Source: Sulfolobales archaeon HS-7
Lineage (GTDB): Archaea > Thermoproteota > Thermoprotei_A > Sulfolobales > Sulfolobaceae
Assembly: GCA_019704295.1 (NCBI GenBank)
Contig: AP024596.1
Location: 2,087,178 to 2,151,177, forward strand
Direction of reading: 5' to 3'
DNA: 64,000 nt
A program made the translations under genes and the position numbers. The notes below the pieces were generated by a model, which did no database searches, was not told where the DNA came from, and saw only the letters and a program-made list of their open reading frames with translations. Positions within the stretch are counted from its first letter, which is position 1; each line of letters begins with the position of its first letter. Below are positions 51,666 through 63,397 of this stretch, piece after piece.

Positions 51666-52553
51666 CTACTTCTTTAAGTCCCAGTAGGCTTTATCAAATG
51701 ACAAATTTATATGATTCAATATTTCGTTAAAATTGTCTATATCGTTGAACTTAATAACAACGGTGAACACGTTCTGGGCGCCGTTTTTAGAAGTGAAGTA
51801 AACGTTTACGTATGCCTTATATTTTGATATTCCGTCCTCTATGTATTTTTTTGCCAACTTAATTAGATCCTCTGCTCTGACATCTGCATTTACCGATAGA
51901 GTAGTGCTATAGGTTAGCGACGATTCGGAATCGATTGACGTAAATACGGTATTTCCCAGAAAGGCTGAGTTCGGTATTTTAACTATATTACCACTAGGCG
52001 TTCTCACATCAGTATATAACCCTCCTACCTTCTCCACTTTTCCCACTATAGGAGGACTCCATATCCAGGACACGAGAATTACGTTCTGCCCTTTGTATAT
52101 TGCCCTTCCAGACGTAGCCAGTAAGCCCGAAAGCACGTTCGATGCAACGTTCTGAACTGCTAAACCTATAACTACGCCTCCAACAGCACCACCGATAAGT
52201 GCTCCTTCGAGGTTTATTCCTAATGCAACTAATACAATAGCTATTACAACACCGTAAAGGAATATTCTAATAAGGAGTTCGATGGAGGAGAACCTTTTAT
52301 CACTAAATATTGTTCTTTCCATTAATCTCGTTATTTCCCTAGTTACGAGATACCCCCCAACACCCGCTATAATTGCACCTAAGCCTTTATCTATATCTGG
52401 TACGAAAGGAGTTATGTCAGACGATAACAAAGGTGGAAGTATTCGTAATATACCCTCTATTAATAACGTAACTAAATAATAAATAATTCCAAATATTACT
52501 ATTACTAAAAAAACTCCTATAATATTTTCTTTATACTTCTCCAGAAGAATCAC
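51666..52553 (-). CDS. MscS mechanosensitive channel
   Basis: GLAVQNVASNVLSG, VKIPNS. Confidence 0.9.
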   Translation of the reverse strand: MILLEKYKENIIGVFLVIVIFGIIYYLVTLLIEGILRILPPLLSSDITPFVPDIDKGLGAIIAGVGGYLVTREITRLMERTIFSDKRFSSIELLIRIFLYGVVIAIVLVALGINLEGALIGGAVGGVVIGLAVQNVASNVLSGLLATSGRAIYKGQNVILVSWIWSPPIVGKVEKVGGLYTDVRTPSGNIVKIPNSAFLGNTVFTSIDSESSLTYSTTLSVNADVRAEDLIKLAKKYIEDGISKYKAYVNVYFTSKNGAQNVFTVVIKFNDIDNFNEILNHINLSFDKAYWDLKK

Positions 52554-52601
52554 CAGAGAGAGAAAATGGAATAAAAAAATAATAACTTTATACTTTTATC
52601 C

Positions 52602-54746
52602 TTAATAGTAAGAGGAACTTGATGTGCTTTGGGACGTACTAGTTAAGGTAGCAGGCATACCTTGAACGGGTAGTGTCAATACCCAAGGTACTGGTCTAAA
52701 GAAGGTCAAGTTTATCACGTACCCGTCTTCTGAGATTATCGGATCGTGGAAAACGTATTTGTTAAGCCACGTCCACATTTGAGGTCCCTCATTGGGTGAG
52801 ATTATTATAGTCACTAATGGCTTGCTCAGAACAATCGAGGGGGTTACTTGATTGTTAACAGCGTATGCGAAGACTAAATAAGCCTGTTGTCCTGATGCAG
52901 GCGATGGAACATTACTTTCATTATATAGTATTATAGAGAAGTTATACGTCGTCATTGTCATTCCGTTTTCCGTAGCAGTAGTTCCTGGTGGAATTACTAC
53001 CGTTATAGGTCCTAAAGTCAATAGGGCTCCCTGTGACGCATTAACTTGCACAGCATAGCTTGATATAGGTGTTAAGCCGTACACAGTAGTTGGTGTAATT
53101 GAAACTTGCGGTGAAGGCATGCCTAAAGGCATTTGTGAGGCCTCGAATATCCATATTACCGGTTTAAAGAACACAACGTTAGCCATCATATCGCTATTAC
53201 CGTATATCCAGTGATCTGCGAATTTGTATCCTCCTCCTGTATACACTGTACCGTTGAATTCTCCTCCAAACCACGTCCACGTTGTCCACGTATTAGGAGC
53301 CTGAACAAGTGTGGTAGGAGCCATAGGTTGAGAGGTATTCGACGCATTAACTAGCGATATGGCTGGGGTTATTTGACCGTTAACCGCAAAGCCAAAAGCG
53401 TACATAGGTATGAGGTTAGTTCCTGGAGGGGAGAAAACTCCCTGTACGGCAAATAATACCAGGGAGAAATTGTAATTAGTTGATACCGTTCCATTTGCGA
53501 ACTTCACCGCAGTTCCGTTGTGAACTATAACCTCTACATTGCCTACTTTTAGAACGGCGCCCTCAGCGTTAGTTATTGTTGCAGTCCGCTCTCCATATAC
53601 CGTAAAGGTGGGATTTAAGACATATCCTGGGGCGTCAGAGCTTACCGGAACCGTTTGAGCATTGAAGACCTCCTTTTGTATCTGCCATGAGGCAGTCGTA
53701 GAGTTATACATTAGATACGCTGTGAGATCAATGTGGATATCGCATATTGCAGGATAGCCTGGTTGTGAACTGCTAAGGAATACTAGGAATGGCGTCTCGT
53801 TAGCGGTAACAACAGCGTAAGTCATGTTAGGTGAAAGAGTTACCATAACGTTTGGGGGAATCGCTGTACCGTTAGGAAGAATGTTCTGAGAATACTCAGC
53901 GACGAATTCGAAGTTGTCCCACTCAGAAAAGAATGACGAAATACTCTGAATTCCAGTGTAATTACCTACCTTGACCGCAGCGGGCAATGTGCCGGTAACC
54001 TCTAGAGTTGCTGAGGGCGAGAAGCTCTGAACCATCGTTGAAGGGGGAAATTCTGCTCCCATTCCATTAATTTGATATAGAACTTCCTCAAGAGCTTGAT
54101 TAGCCTGCATAGAATGTTGAGATGGGTAACCAGCAATTACTGCAGAAGGGCTTAAGGTGTTTCCCATCCAGGAAATGTGAGTTATCTTGAGTTGACCGCT
54201 TACGTTGCTTACAGTTGCTGTAAATGATGCGTTAAAGACCTGCAATAGCACTGGATCTTGCGTAGGTGCAACGAAATATTGAACTACTGCTGAAAACTGT
54301 TCGTCGCTAACTGTGGGTAACGCCGTTGTGTAGAAGTAAACAGTTTCATACGTTGAAAAGAAGTTGTTAAGCCATGAGGAGAAATTACCCGTTGTATAGT
54401 ATCCTGGGAAAGGTTCTCCCATTACTGCAGCGGTGAAGTTAGGTGCTAAAAACGGTGTAGTATCGTTTATGTTTTCGATAGCTATTCCATCAAGGAATTG
54501 GAAAACTACTCCTGATACGGTATTTGGCGAAATGACTGTAGTGATATAATAAGGTTGTGTTTGAGTTACCGTTGTGACTTGAGTTTGAGTTACGAGCTGA
54601 GTTACTGTATGCTGGGTTATTGAGCTAAGAGAACTCTGTAATGACGAGACTTTACTAGCTTCCTGTGAGTAAAGGAAAAAACCATACCCCGCTATTCCTA
54701 ATACAACAACTAAAGCAACTATTAAACCGATTAATTTACTATCCAT
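52602..54746 (-). CDS. Membrane-anchored extracellular protein with duplicated domains
   Basis: N-terminal TM, Thr/Gln linker, two similar C-terminal beta domains, many N-x-S/T. Confidence 0.85.
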   Translation of the reverse strand: MDSKLIGLIVALVVVLGIAGYGFFLYSQEASKVSSLQSSLSSITQHTVTQLVTQTQVTTVTQTQPYYITTVISPNTVSGVVFQFLDGIAIENINDTTPFLAPNFTAAVMGEPFPGYYTTGNFSSWLNNFFSTYETVYFYTTALPTVSDEQFSAVVQYFVAPTQDPVLLQVFNASFTATVSNVSGQLKITHISWMGNTLSPSAVIAGYPSQHSMQANQALEEVLYQINGMGAEFPPSTMVQSFSPSATLEVTGTLPAAVKVGNYTGIQSISSFFSEWDNFEFVAEYSQNILPNGTAIPPNVMVTLSPNMTYAVVTANETPFLVFLSSSQPGYPAICDIHIDLTAYLMYNSTTASWQIQKEVFNAQTVPVSSDAPGYVLNPTFTVYGERTATITNAEGAVLKVGNVEVIVHNGTAVKFANGTVSTNYNFSLVLFAVQGVFSPPGTNLIPMYAFGFAVNGQITPAISLVNASNTSQPMAPTTLVQAPNTWTTWTWFGGEFNGTVYTGGGYKFADHWIYGNSDMMANVVFFKPVIWIFEASQMPLGMPSPQVSITPTTVYGLTPISSYAVQVNASQGALLTLGPITVVIPPGTTATENGMTMTTYNFSIILYNESNVPSPASGQQAYLVFAYAVNNQVTPSIVLSKPLVTIIISPNEGPQMWTWLNKYVFHDPIISEDGYVINLTFFRPVPWVLTLPVQGMPATLTSTSQSTSSSSYY

Positions 54747-54820
54747 ACTCGTTCATTGAAAAAACGACGTAAAAGGTTTAAAAAGATATTCCCAAATCTT
54801 GAAAAAATAAGAAAAAACGT

Positions 54821-56746
54821 TCAAACTCCCTCTTGCGATGTCACAATATCCTCTATCTCTTCCGTTCTGAATCCGCTGTAAACCGCCCCATAATGGAAGG
54901 CAAGTCCAACGATGGCCGCAACAATTGTATCATAAGGGAAGGGAATTACAGGATTATAGCCGAATCCGCCGAAAAACTCTATGATAAGAGCTACAAAAAT
55001 AAATGCTAACATCCAGTAACCACTCCTTATCTCCTTCTTCCCCTGTTCATTTGCTAGAACATGCGTTACGTATGTTATTACGAAGTAGGTGACTATTAAT
55101 CCTGCCATGATCAGTGCGAAGTTTTCCGTTAGAGCGGTTGTAGTTATCGTACCAGCTGTAAAGGGGACCAGAATGTCGTAATAGCCCAAGAAAGCTAGTA
55201 AGAGCGTAGCTGCGAATTCGACTATGCCAAGAATTGCAGACATTGCCCTACTTATACCCATCTTAGAGGGAACGTAAAGGAAGTAAAATAATGGAAGACC
55301 TATTAGCACCCCTGCACCAACTAAGTAAAGTGTTGTAAAACCTGACCAGTAGACTATTAGGAACGCCGCTACCGTAGCTATTGGGGCTAATACTCTCGCA
55401 CCAGGAAGCTTGAACGGTCTTTTAAGTTCGGGAGCAGTCTTTCTTAGGACTTGTAACCCAATTCCACCCATTATGTATGTAAAAACTGTCGCTGATGAAA
55501 TTATACCTACCAATAGGTACCAACTTGGGAACGGTAGGAGGAATATCAACCCTATTATTAATGCGGCTATTAGAGAGTATATTGGTATTTTATACTTGCT
55601 GAGTTTTAGCATAAAAGAGGGAAAATAACCGTCAGCCGCAATACCGTAAAGCGTTCTTGCAGAGGTTCCTGTATATATCCAGCCCGTTCCACTTGGGGAG
55701 ATTATAGCGTCTACTAACAGCAGGTACGCAAATACGGTCAACGCCTGAATTCCAGACGTTGACATTAATGTGTAAAATGGGCCTACGGCAGCTGTTGACG
55801 ATAACAGTCCAGTCCAGTTTCCAACGGCTAGTGGAAATAGCGGCGTACCAGTCGAGTTTACATAATAAATCTTATGCCAATCTAAGCCACCTATGAACGC
55901 CACTTGAAGTAGAGTATAAACGAGTAGGGCTATTCCTAGTGAAAGTAGCACTGCGCGAGGTACGTCCCTCTGTGGATTACTTCCCTCTCCCGCGTATTCT
56001 ACAGACTGCCTAAAGCCTAGGTAAGAGAATATTATACCTGCGCTCGGAATTGCGTAAAGCATTGCAGATGGACCCGCAATCCCTATTGATGCGTATTCGA
56101 CGTTAGATGGGAAGAGTCCTCCTACTTGTGAACCGAAGTTAAATGAGTGGAGATCCGTGGCTAGCAACAAGATGAAAGTTAGAGTTGGTAATACTAGCTT
56201 CCACCACGTAACCCCCGTATTGAATTTTCCGAAGAATTTTACGCCAAAGTAATTTAGGAAGAAGAATATAACCATTAATACTATAGCGAGAGGAATTCCT
56301 GCGTTTAACGTAAGGACAGTAACGGCTCCGAATACAGTTTTAGCTGTTGCAGTAAGAGATGGTATATACGTAGCCGCATATTCCACAACGGCCTCAGCTT
56401 CTACAGCCGGGACGCTTGCTGCAGAGAGAAGGTACAGCCAGCCTAGTATATATCCTGTATACGAACCGTGGGTCATATGCGGATAACGCACTATACCTCC
56501 AGTCCTAGGTATCATTCCTGAAATTTCGGCATATGCCAGACCTACAAACATTATAAGTACTCCTCCTATTATCCAAGAGAAAATAGCAGAGGGCCCTGCA
56601 ATTGCAGCACCATCAAGTGCGGAGAAGAGCCATCCTGAACCTATTATTCCTCCCAGGGATAGAAAGAGCAAGTCCTGGAGCGATAGAACTTTTCTTAATT
56701 GTTTATCTGCTTCTTTAACCTGATTTCTTATAGAAGTTTCTCCCAT
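54821..56746 (-). CDS. APC-family amino acid permease
   Basis: SLGGIIGSGWLF, PRTGGIVRYP, FSYLGFRQ. Confidence 0.93.
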   Translation of the reverse strand: MGETSIRNQVKEADKQLRKVLSLQDLLFLSLGGIIGSGWLFSALDGAAIAGPSAIFSWIIGGVLIMFVGLAYAEISGMIPRTGGIVRYPHMTHGSYTGYILGWLYLLSAASVPAVEAEAVVEYAATYIPSLTATAKTVFGAVTVLTLNAGIPLAIVLMVIFFFLNYFGVKFFGKFNTGVTWWKLVLPTLTFILLLATDLHSFNFGSQVGGLFPSNVEYASIGIAGPSAMLYAIPSAGIIFSYLGFRQSVEYAGEGSNPQRDVPRAVLLSLGIALLVYTLLQVAFIGGLDWHKIYYVNSTGTPLFPLAVGNWTGLLSSTAAVGPFYTLMSTSGIQALTVFAYLLLVDAIISPSGTGWIYTGTSARTLYGIAADGYFPSFMLKLSKYKIPIYSLIAALIIGLIFLLPFPSWYLLVGIISSATVFTYIMGGIGLQVLRKTAPELKRPFKLPGARVLAPIATVAAFLIVYWSGFTTLYLVGAGVLIGLPLFYFLYVPSKMGISRAMSAILGIVEFAATLLLAFLGYYDILVPFTAGTITTTALTENFALIMAGLIVTYFVITYVTHVLANEQGKKEIRSGYWMLAFIFVALIIEFFGGFGYNPVIPFPYDTIVAAIVGLAFHYGAVYSGFRTEEIEDIVTSQEGV

Positions 56747-57206
56747 TAATATATTTGAAGATCACATAAATATATAAGCCTTATTAATTTCTCCACTTAC
56801 GTAAAGGTATATTACAAGGAGAATAACTTATTATAATATAAAAATACTTTATAACGAAGAGGGAAAGAGACTCTCGGATCAGGAGTTACAATAACTTCCT
56901 GCAACAAGCGCAGAATTTAGCTGTTAAGAGGGTGATAAGGAAAGACGCCGCTGGTATGAACGGCTATCTCAGGCACTGCATTAAACCTTGATACCAGGGT
57001 CAACAGATCAACATTAAGTCTGTATGAATATTGATACTTCAATAAACTACATCCTTTCTAATGTAATAAAATGGTCTATTAATTACAGAAAGTCGACTAA
57101 GAATAAAGGCTGCTTAATGCAAAAAATCGGATAGGACTTAGAGTAACCGAACTTCGTTAGTGTGGAACTTGACTACAGAGAATAAGAAAATTAAGGAAGA
57201 AAACAG

Positions 57207-60200
57207 CTACCTCTTTCTGAAATACACATCCATTATACCAATCGAAGCAATTAATACTATGACGCCAAGCGTGATGAGTCCAATGTCCCCGAAATTAACC
57301 GAGGTAGTGTGAGAATGATAAACTGTCTGAGATACTGAAGCGCGTATCAATTGTTCTACTGTAGTATTGACGAAATTAACGCTTCCATTTCTAACGTATA
57401 AGTGTTCTACGACGCTGTCTATAAAGGTCGCATTGTGATTTATTATAGTTGCGTTAACTATGTATTGCATATACGCCACGGTACCATTAAAGAATGGAGT
57501 GTATACATACGGTAATACGGCGAATTCTGCAGAGGGAGTTGGAGCTCCTAGGGTTAGACTGGTGTAACTTAGAGGAACTGATGTCGGCGTTACAAAACCG
57601 TTATACGATTCCCCCACGACATAAATATCCCACAATCCTCCTAAATCTGATGTTCCCCCCTGATACTCGTTAGATATTAAGCCGTTTGGTATAGTGAAGA
57701 TACCAACCCATGAACCGTTAAAGTAAACGAGCTGGGTATACTGTGATAACTCAAGTGTGTCGTAATTGGACTGAGCGACCGATGGAATTACAACCGCTGT
57801 AAAGCTTCCAGCCCTTACTGGCGTTCCGTTGGGATACATTATACTCGCGTTAACTGCTATGGTTTCATTCTGGAATGCGGTTGACGGGACGTTAACGTTA
57901 ACTTTGAGTTCTCTTCCTACATATATTTGGGTAATCCCTATTCCATAATAAGTGAAGTTATTCTGCGCGAAAGTTGCATTAGCTATTACTGTGTAGTACC
58001 CAGGCGATAGATTAGGAACCTTAGTTTGTACGGCGTAAGCAAGACTATTTCCCTGTCCGATCAAGTTGACCGATTTGGAATAAACTACTCCACTTAAGTT
58101 TTCGAAATAAAAGGTGACGTTCGGCAAGTAGGGTTCTACCAGAACATTAAGCGTCATGTTCTCCCCAGGGGCAATTATGAGGGGCTCGGTACTTAGGGAG
58201 GGTATTACGAGTGGTACAACGTAAATTCCGTATACAAATTCATCGAATCCGAACACATCTGGAATTTCTAAGAAGTACACTCCTTGAGGGAAATGCCTGC
58301 TTAAGTAACCGTTCCCTACCAAGGTTATAGTAAGGAAGTAGGGAGAGGTGTAGAGTCCACTATTGGTAACGTACTTGAGGGAGTTAGTAAGGGGGTTATA
58401 GTAATAATAATCAGCCACTGTCGGCATAGCGGGATATCCGGTCCCATTAGCGTAATACAGGTTTGCTATTATAGCGAATTGACCGTTTTCAAGTATTGCC
58501 AAAGGAGGAGTGACGAATTGCACCTGTAGACCTACGGTAATATAAGTTCCAGAAGAGTAATTGCCGTCCTTAACAACTACCTCTAGTTCTCCGCTTCCCT
58601 GAGCAGTAAACGAACCTATCCAAGAATTGCCAACTTTGTTTAAGGGAAAGCTTTCAACTACATTAGAACCATTGTATACGTATCCCTGTAAAGGACCTGA
58701 GAGTGTAGTATTTGTAACGATCTCTACTGTTTGTCCATCATTGAATGTGGAGTTATAACTGCCTACAACTATACTTTCCTCCTTATGAATGTAGTGCAGA
58801 AGTATCCCCTGATTCATGACTCCAAGTCCAGTTACTAGGTTGTATTTTCCCTCAGCAATATACGGGGTGTTATAACCGAAGGTAATCGGTTCAAGACCCC
58901 TCTTATCTTTCAAGGAGTAGAGTAATGGATTGATGAAACCAAGCCTACCGTAGACCTGATCTAATCCTGCAACTATTCCGGCTACTATGGGGGTGGCAAG
59001 GGAAGTACCTCCGACTAGAACCTGTTGACCGTAGTAATAGACAACATCTGCTCCTGTATATGGATTTGCGTCCGCAGAGACATCGGGCACTGCTCTATAC
59101 CCTTGAAGACCTTGATACCATGGTGAGGGGAATATTGAACTGTTTCCTCCAGTTGTGGCTCCGTATACTCCATTTCCGCTCCACGCAGTCTGGTAGGTTT
59201 GGCTTGCAAATGGATAAAGGGAAGTTCCTCCTACTGCGAGTACGTAGGGATCCGATGCAGGTAAATTAACTGATCCTATTGTGGAAAGGTAATAGTCGTA
59301 CCCGTTTCCTCCTGCATCTCCCGAAGCCGCTACGAAGGTTATACCCTCAACTTCTCCTAATAAGAAAATGTAATTGAGTGATTGGACGAAGGAGATTGAA
59401 ATGGAACCTGTGTCAACGTAATATTCCGGCAACCCGAAGCTCATTGAAAGCACATCAACCTGATCCTGCTGTACTATATAACTTAGAGCAGCCAGTAGAG
59501 AGTAATTGGGATTTATAACGTACGCGATTAAGTTAGCATAAGGAGCTATTGCATGCGCGTATTCGACGTCAAGAGACATTTCTAGTGCCCATCCGGAGGG
59601 TATTCCGCACTGAGGATTGTAGCCTCCAATGGGCATTATTGTAAGGTTAGCATTACTTAAATTAAACATTGAGTCGAATTGTTGGAGTTGTTGGTAAATG
59701 TAAGGATCGCCATCAAACTCTACTAGACCTATTGTAGTTCCCTTTCCGTTTTCGGTAATGTTATACGCCTCTCTTAACTGTCGAGGCGTTACCATAGAAA
59801 AGGCTACCGTTTGAGTCTTGTTAATAACCTGTAAGTATTGAGGTTTTGCAAAAAAGGGGGAAAGATCACTAAACGTAAGGAAGGCGGGGATAGAGGGAGA
59901 GCCATAGTATGAGATAAACGTATGGTTAGCGTTTACGTAAGAGAAGAGCTTAACGCCCAATGCCCTTTCAAGTTGACTTACCGTTCCAGTAGCCAATATT
60001 GTTATTCCTCCTATAGCTTCGGCAGATAACCCAAAGGAGCGCAAGTAATTTAAATAGTGGTTTACTTCTTGTTTCGGGTAGAAAAGCTGAGCAACCCGAT
60101 ATTGAGATAGAATCTTCCCTTCCTCTACTAACTGCTGTAGGAGGAAATAATTCTTCGGTTGGAATACGAATGTGACCGTTAACGTTTTATTGCTCGGCAA

Positions 60201-60329
60201 ATTAAAAATTTCTCTTGGTTTAGAGTAATTGGCTTGTGGTAAAGGGGTAATATTTTGAGTAGGTAGGGCGACTAATAGAGGTGACATGGTTAATAGCAAT
60301 ATGATGGTTACAGAAACTAACTTTATCAT
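57207..60329 (-). CDS. S53 (sedolisin) protease, membrane anchored
   Basis: EMSLD, ASGDAG, PDVSADA, GGTSLATP; signal peptide, C-terminal TM. Confidence 0.93.
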   Translation of the reverse strand: MIKLVSVTIILLLTMSPLLVALPTQNITPLPQANYSKPREIFNLPSNKTLTVTFVFQPKNYFLLQQLVEEGKILSQYRVAQLFYPKQEVNHYLNYLRSFGLSAEAIGGITILATGTVSQLERALGVKLFSYVNANHTFISYYGSPSIPAFLTFSDLSPFFAKPQYLQVINKTQTVAFSMVTPRQLREAYNITENGKGTTIGLVEFDGDPYIYQQLQQFDSMFNLSNANLTIMPIGGYNPQCGIPSGWALEMSLDVEYAHAIAPYANLIAYVINPNYSLLAALSYIVQQDQVDVLSMSFGLPEYYVDTGSISISFVQSLNYIFLLGEVEGITFVAASGDAGGNGYDYYLSTIGSVNLPASDPYVLAVGGTSLYPFASQTYQTAWSGNGVYGATTGGNSSIFPSPWYQGLQGYRAVPDVSADANPYTGADVVYYYGQQVLVGGTSLATPIVAGIVAGLDQVYGRLGFINPLLYSLKDKRGLEPITFGYNTPYIAEGKYNLVTGLGVMNQGILLHYIHKEESIVVGSYNSTFNDGQTVEIVTNTTLSGPLQGYVYNGSNVVESFPLNKVGNSWIGSFTAQGSGELEVVVKDGNYSSGTYITVGLQVQFVTPPLAILENGQFAIIANLYYANGTGYPAMPTVADYYYYNPLTNSLKYVTNSGLYTSPYFLTITLVGNGYLSRHFPQGVYFLEIPDVFGFDEFVYGIYVVPLVIPSLSTEPLIIAPGENMTLNVLVEPYLPNVTFYFENLSGVVYSKSVNLIGQGNSLAYAVQTKVPNLSPGYYTVIANATFAQNNFTYYGIGITQIYVGRELKVNVNVPSTAFQNETIAVNASIMYPNGTPVRAGSFTAVVIPSVAQSNYDTLELSQYTQLVYFNGSWVGIFTIPNGLISNEYQGGTSDLGGLWDIYVVGESYNGFVTPTSVPLSYTSLTLGAPTPSAEFAVLPYVYTPFFNGTVAYMQYIVNATIINHNATFIDSVVEHLYVRNGSVNFVNTTVEQLIRASVSQTVYHSHTTSVNFGDIGLITLGVIVLIASIGIMDVYFRKR

Positions 60330-60778
60330 AAATAGTGAGTGTAGTTAAATGTAAATAATATACTTTTTCTCTAATTTTTCTGCTATTCCCCTGGGACTTT
60401 TGTCATTTAACCCCCCCTAATAAGTGTACAAAAGCGGGTCTATTGGAATCTCCCAGAGCTATTTCCTGACGCTTCTTGACAATATTTAAGGAAGCTGAAC
60501 TTTAATGACTTGAGGTAAGCTGGAAAAATAGAACCGTATCTTTTGCGAGAGAATTATTGTGGGATAACGATATACAAGTCGAGTAATTTTCGTAACCTCA
60601 GAAGGGCGTCGTAGTCGAATATAACTCATACCATATTGAGAAAATTAATTAGACGTGACAGTTATTCTCATTGCCTTGTAAAAATTCCTTACATCCAATT
60701 GAAAACATCCTGTAGCCTATAGTACGGTGCTCATGTAATATTATAGATTTATTATTAAATAGAGAGCAACATAATAAC

Positions 60779-61687
60779 ATGCCAGATAGAATTAAGATTG
60801 CGTTTTCCACCGACATTCATGGTTCTAGAGAAGTTTTTAGTAAGGTATTAACTAACTTTAAGAAAAATAGTGCAAATTATCTTGTGTTAGGTGCCGACCT
60901 TTTCTCAAATGAAATAATGGTCGTGGAAAAGAACGGTAACGAATATTTTATTGACGGACGGCCGATCTCCATAAGTAAATTGAATGCAATCAAGAATAAA
61001 ACAGGAATAAACGTCGTTCCCTCTAATTTAAAGGATGAAGTAATGAAGTCAGTGTATGAACAACAAAAGGAAAACGCCATGTTCTTTATAGAGCGATCAA
61101 AAGATATAGCGGATAAGGTAGTATGGTCGTTCGGCCATACCGACCCTGAAGGTCTAGAGAAAATCTTTAGTGAATACGGGATGAAGGTTGGTAACGGCAC
61201 AATCATAGAATTAGAAAATTTGACACTAATCACCCTTGGAGAAGCGAGTAATACTGAAACTGGAATTAGAGTAGTTCCAGATTATACGCTATATAATCGA
61301 GGAAAAGAAATGTTAAGCAAAGTAGATCCCCAGAACTGTATACTGAATTCCCACATGCCGCCTCTCCAATCTGGAATAGATGAGACTAGGAAAGACGGAA
61401 AGAAGGTAAATTTAGGGTCAAAGGCAATACTAGATCTAATCAAGGAATTTCGTCCCCTCCTCGGATTACACGGACATGTTCATGAACCCATTAAGAATTC
61501 GGAAAAAATAGGAGATACTTTTGTTGTTAATCCGGGAAGTTATTATACAGAGGGCTTTTTCACAATGAGTATAATTGAGATTGAAAGGGAAAGGAAGAGT
61601 ATAGGTTCGTTTTACCAAACTTCTTACAAGGTGAAGAAAGTTAATCATCTCACCGACTATAGATGGGAACCGGCTTTCGGAGTTTAA
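60779..61687 (+). CDS. Calcineurin-like metallophosphoesterase
   Basis: TDIHG, GAD, SHMPP, HGHVHE, VNPGS. Confidence 0.88.
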   Translation: MPDRIKIAFSTDIHGSREVFSKVLTNFKKNSANYLVLGADLFSNEIMVVEKNGNEYFIDGRPISISKLNAIKNKTGINVVPSNLKDEVMKSVYEQQKENAMFFIERSKDIADKVVWSFGHTDPEGLEKIFSEYGMKVGNGTIIELENLTLITLGEASNTETGIRVVPDYTLYNRGKEMLSKVDPQNCILNSHMPPLQSGIDETRKDGKKVNLGSKAILDLIKEFRPLLGLHGHVHEPIKNSEKIGDTFVVNPGSYYTEGFFTMSIIEIERERKSIGSFYQTSYKVKKVNHLTDYRWEPAFGV

Positions 61688-62428
61688 GTCCTATCGGTAA
61701 GAACGAAAATGTAGTTTGTAAACATTAAGAGTAAATAAAAGATGTTACTGGTTGCGCTTTTATCTTAATGAGTTCAACGGAAGGAAGAGCCTTGTGGATG
61801 GATAACTACTTATTAAATGCTCTTCGGTGAACAGTTCTAAAACAAGCTGCGCGAAGTTTCGCTTTCGAGTTTACGCTAACTTTGAGAGGATTGGATGCAG
61901 TGTTAAAGATAGTATAAGCTACACAAAACCCTGAACATACATTCATAAGAGGGAAAGCTCTCTCTGAATTGGTCGAGGCTACTATCATTGGTTAGGGAAT
62001 AGGACAAGAAGCACGGATAGCTACACTCTTAGATAATCCTGCAGACAGCTTCTATAACGCTAGGGAAAGGTTCCTCAAGACAATGTCCATTACGTAACAA
62101 ACGTGAATAATTAGAGTATGAAATCAGTTTGTTAAGAATATTAGGGTGTTGTCACGCGTAACCCAGGTTTCTTCACGAATACATTTTGTTTAAATAATAC
62201 GAAATGAATCAATTGAACTATCACGTGAATAATGCAAAGTTATAGCGATAATTAAATTGAATATAATGATATGTAAAGATAGTTATTGTAAATTATAATG
62301 AAGTCTAAAACGTCTCGAAATGTAGGATTAATTATTCAATTTTACTTCACAAAACAAGTCGGAATTACAAAGAGACCATGGGTCATCTTTGTAAATTAGG
62401 GCTCCTCATTTACTTTATTCTCTGCTAA

Positions 62429-63396
62429 TTAAACTCTAGCTATAATCATCTGTAAAAATTGTTCAAGAATCTGTTTAAGCTCACTAAACTTTTCCTTTAT
62501 GAATCGAATTAGCTCATAAAGATTATCTTTCACCTTTTCTGTTTTATTAATTATTTCTTCTAATTTCTTATCTAAATCTTCACGTTTGTTACCTCGACTG
62601 TAAGGGTTATCCCTTATCTCTTTCCATGTGTAAATGATGCTTCCTTCAGAAATGGGATAGCGAGCCACTTCGTTAATGTGATATCCTTTATTGTCAATTC
62701 TTCCAACGGAAATTCTGGTAAAATCCTGTATGTTATTAAGTAATTCTAGCAAATCCCCTAAATTATCTTTGAAATTTTTTATGACTTGACTTACATAGTT
62801 TAATTCATCGTCATTCAGACCTAACGATTTATGGCCTAATGAATCAGTTTTCGACGAGTCAAATATACTAGATAAAATCTTAAATAAATCATCCCCTTCA
62901 TATTTGTTTCCTTCACGTACGCCCAACTCATTTATTAACTTAGTTAATCTACCATGGGCACTTAAGTCTTCATTCAGGTTATTTAGAAATGAGAGGATTT
63001 TTCTCTCATCGTGACGAATATACTTCTTGAAAATCTCTGGAAGATCCGTTACCTTTGTAGTCTTATCGTCGTCTCCAGTTAGTTGCATTAAATAAATCGA
63101 AACAAACATTTTAAGATAAATTATTTTTAAATTATTACTTGACAACGAATTGTTTGACTGCAGTTCCTGCACTAATTCCTCCGCTAACAGCAATAAGCCA
63201 ATAACTATAAGCATGTAGGCTTTTGAGGCCTTTTCAACGGATTGGTGAAGAAAATATATCGAAAAAAGAACTTCGAACTATTATCAATTGATAACTGATT
63301 GTTATCAGAATTGAGAAAATACCTGGCCAATTTTATATCGTTACATGAATAATCAAGTAACGACTTACTATAATCATAGACGTAGTGCCAGTCCAG
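62429..63396 (-). pseudogene. HEPN-domain protein split by a -1 frameshift at 63262-63267
   Basis: Joined frames give NDIKLARYFL...SIYFLHQSVEKASKAY...LGH...ARYP, the HEPN signature; track ORF 62429-63214 is the 3' part. Confidence 0.7.
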
Positions 63397-63397
63397 C

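Noticed and set aside
61806-62100. 60-aa ORF or ATQNP-containing fragment
   Set aside because: Interrupted by stops; family not assignable
36560-62165. IS6-like TIR fragments (GGT...GTCACG) at about 36562, 60650 and 62145
   Set aside because: Too short and unpaired to support by eye
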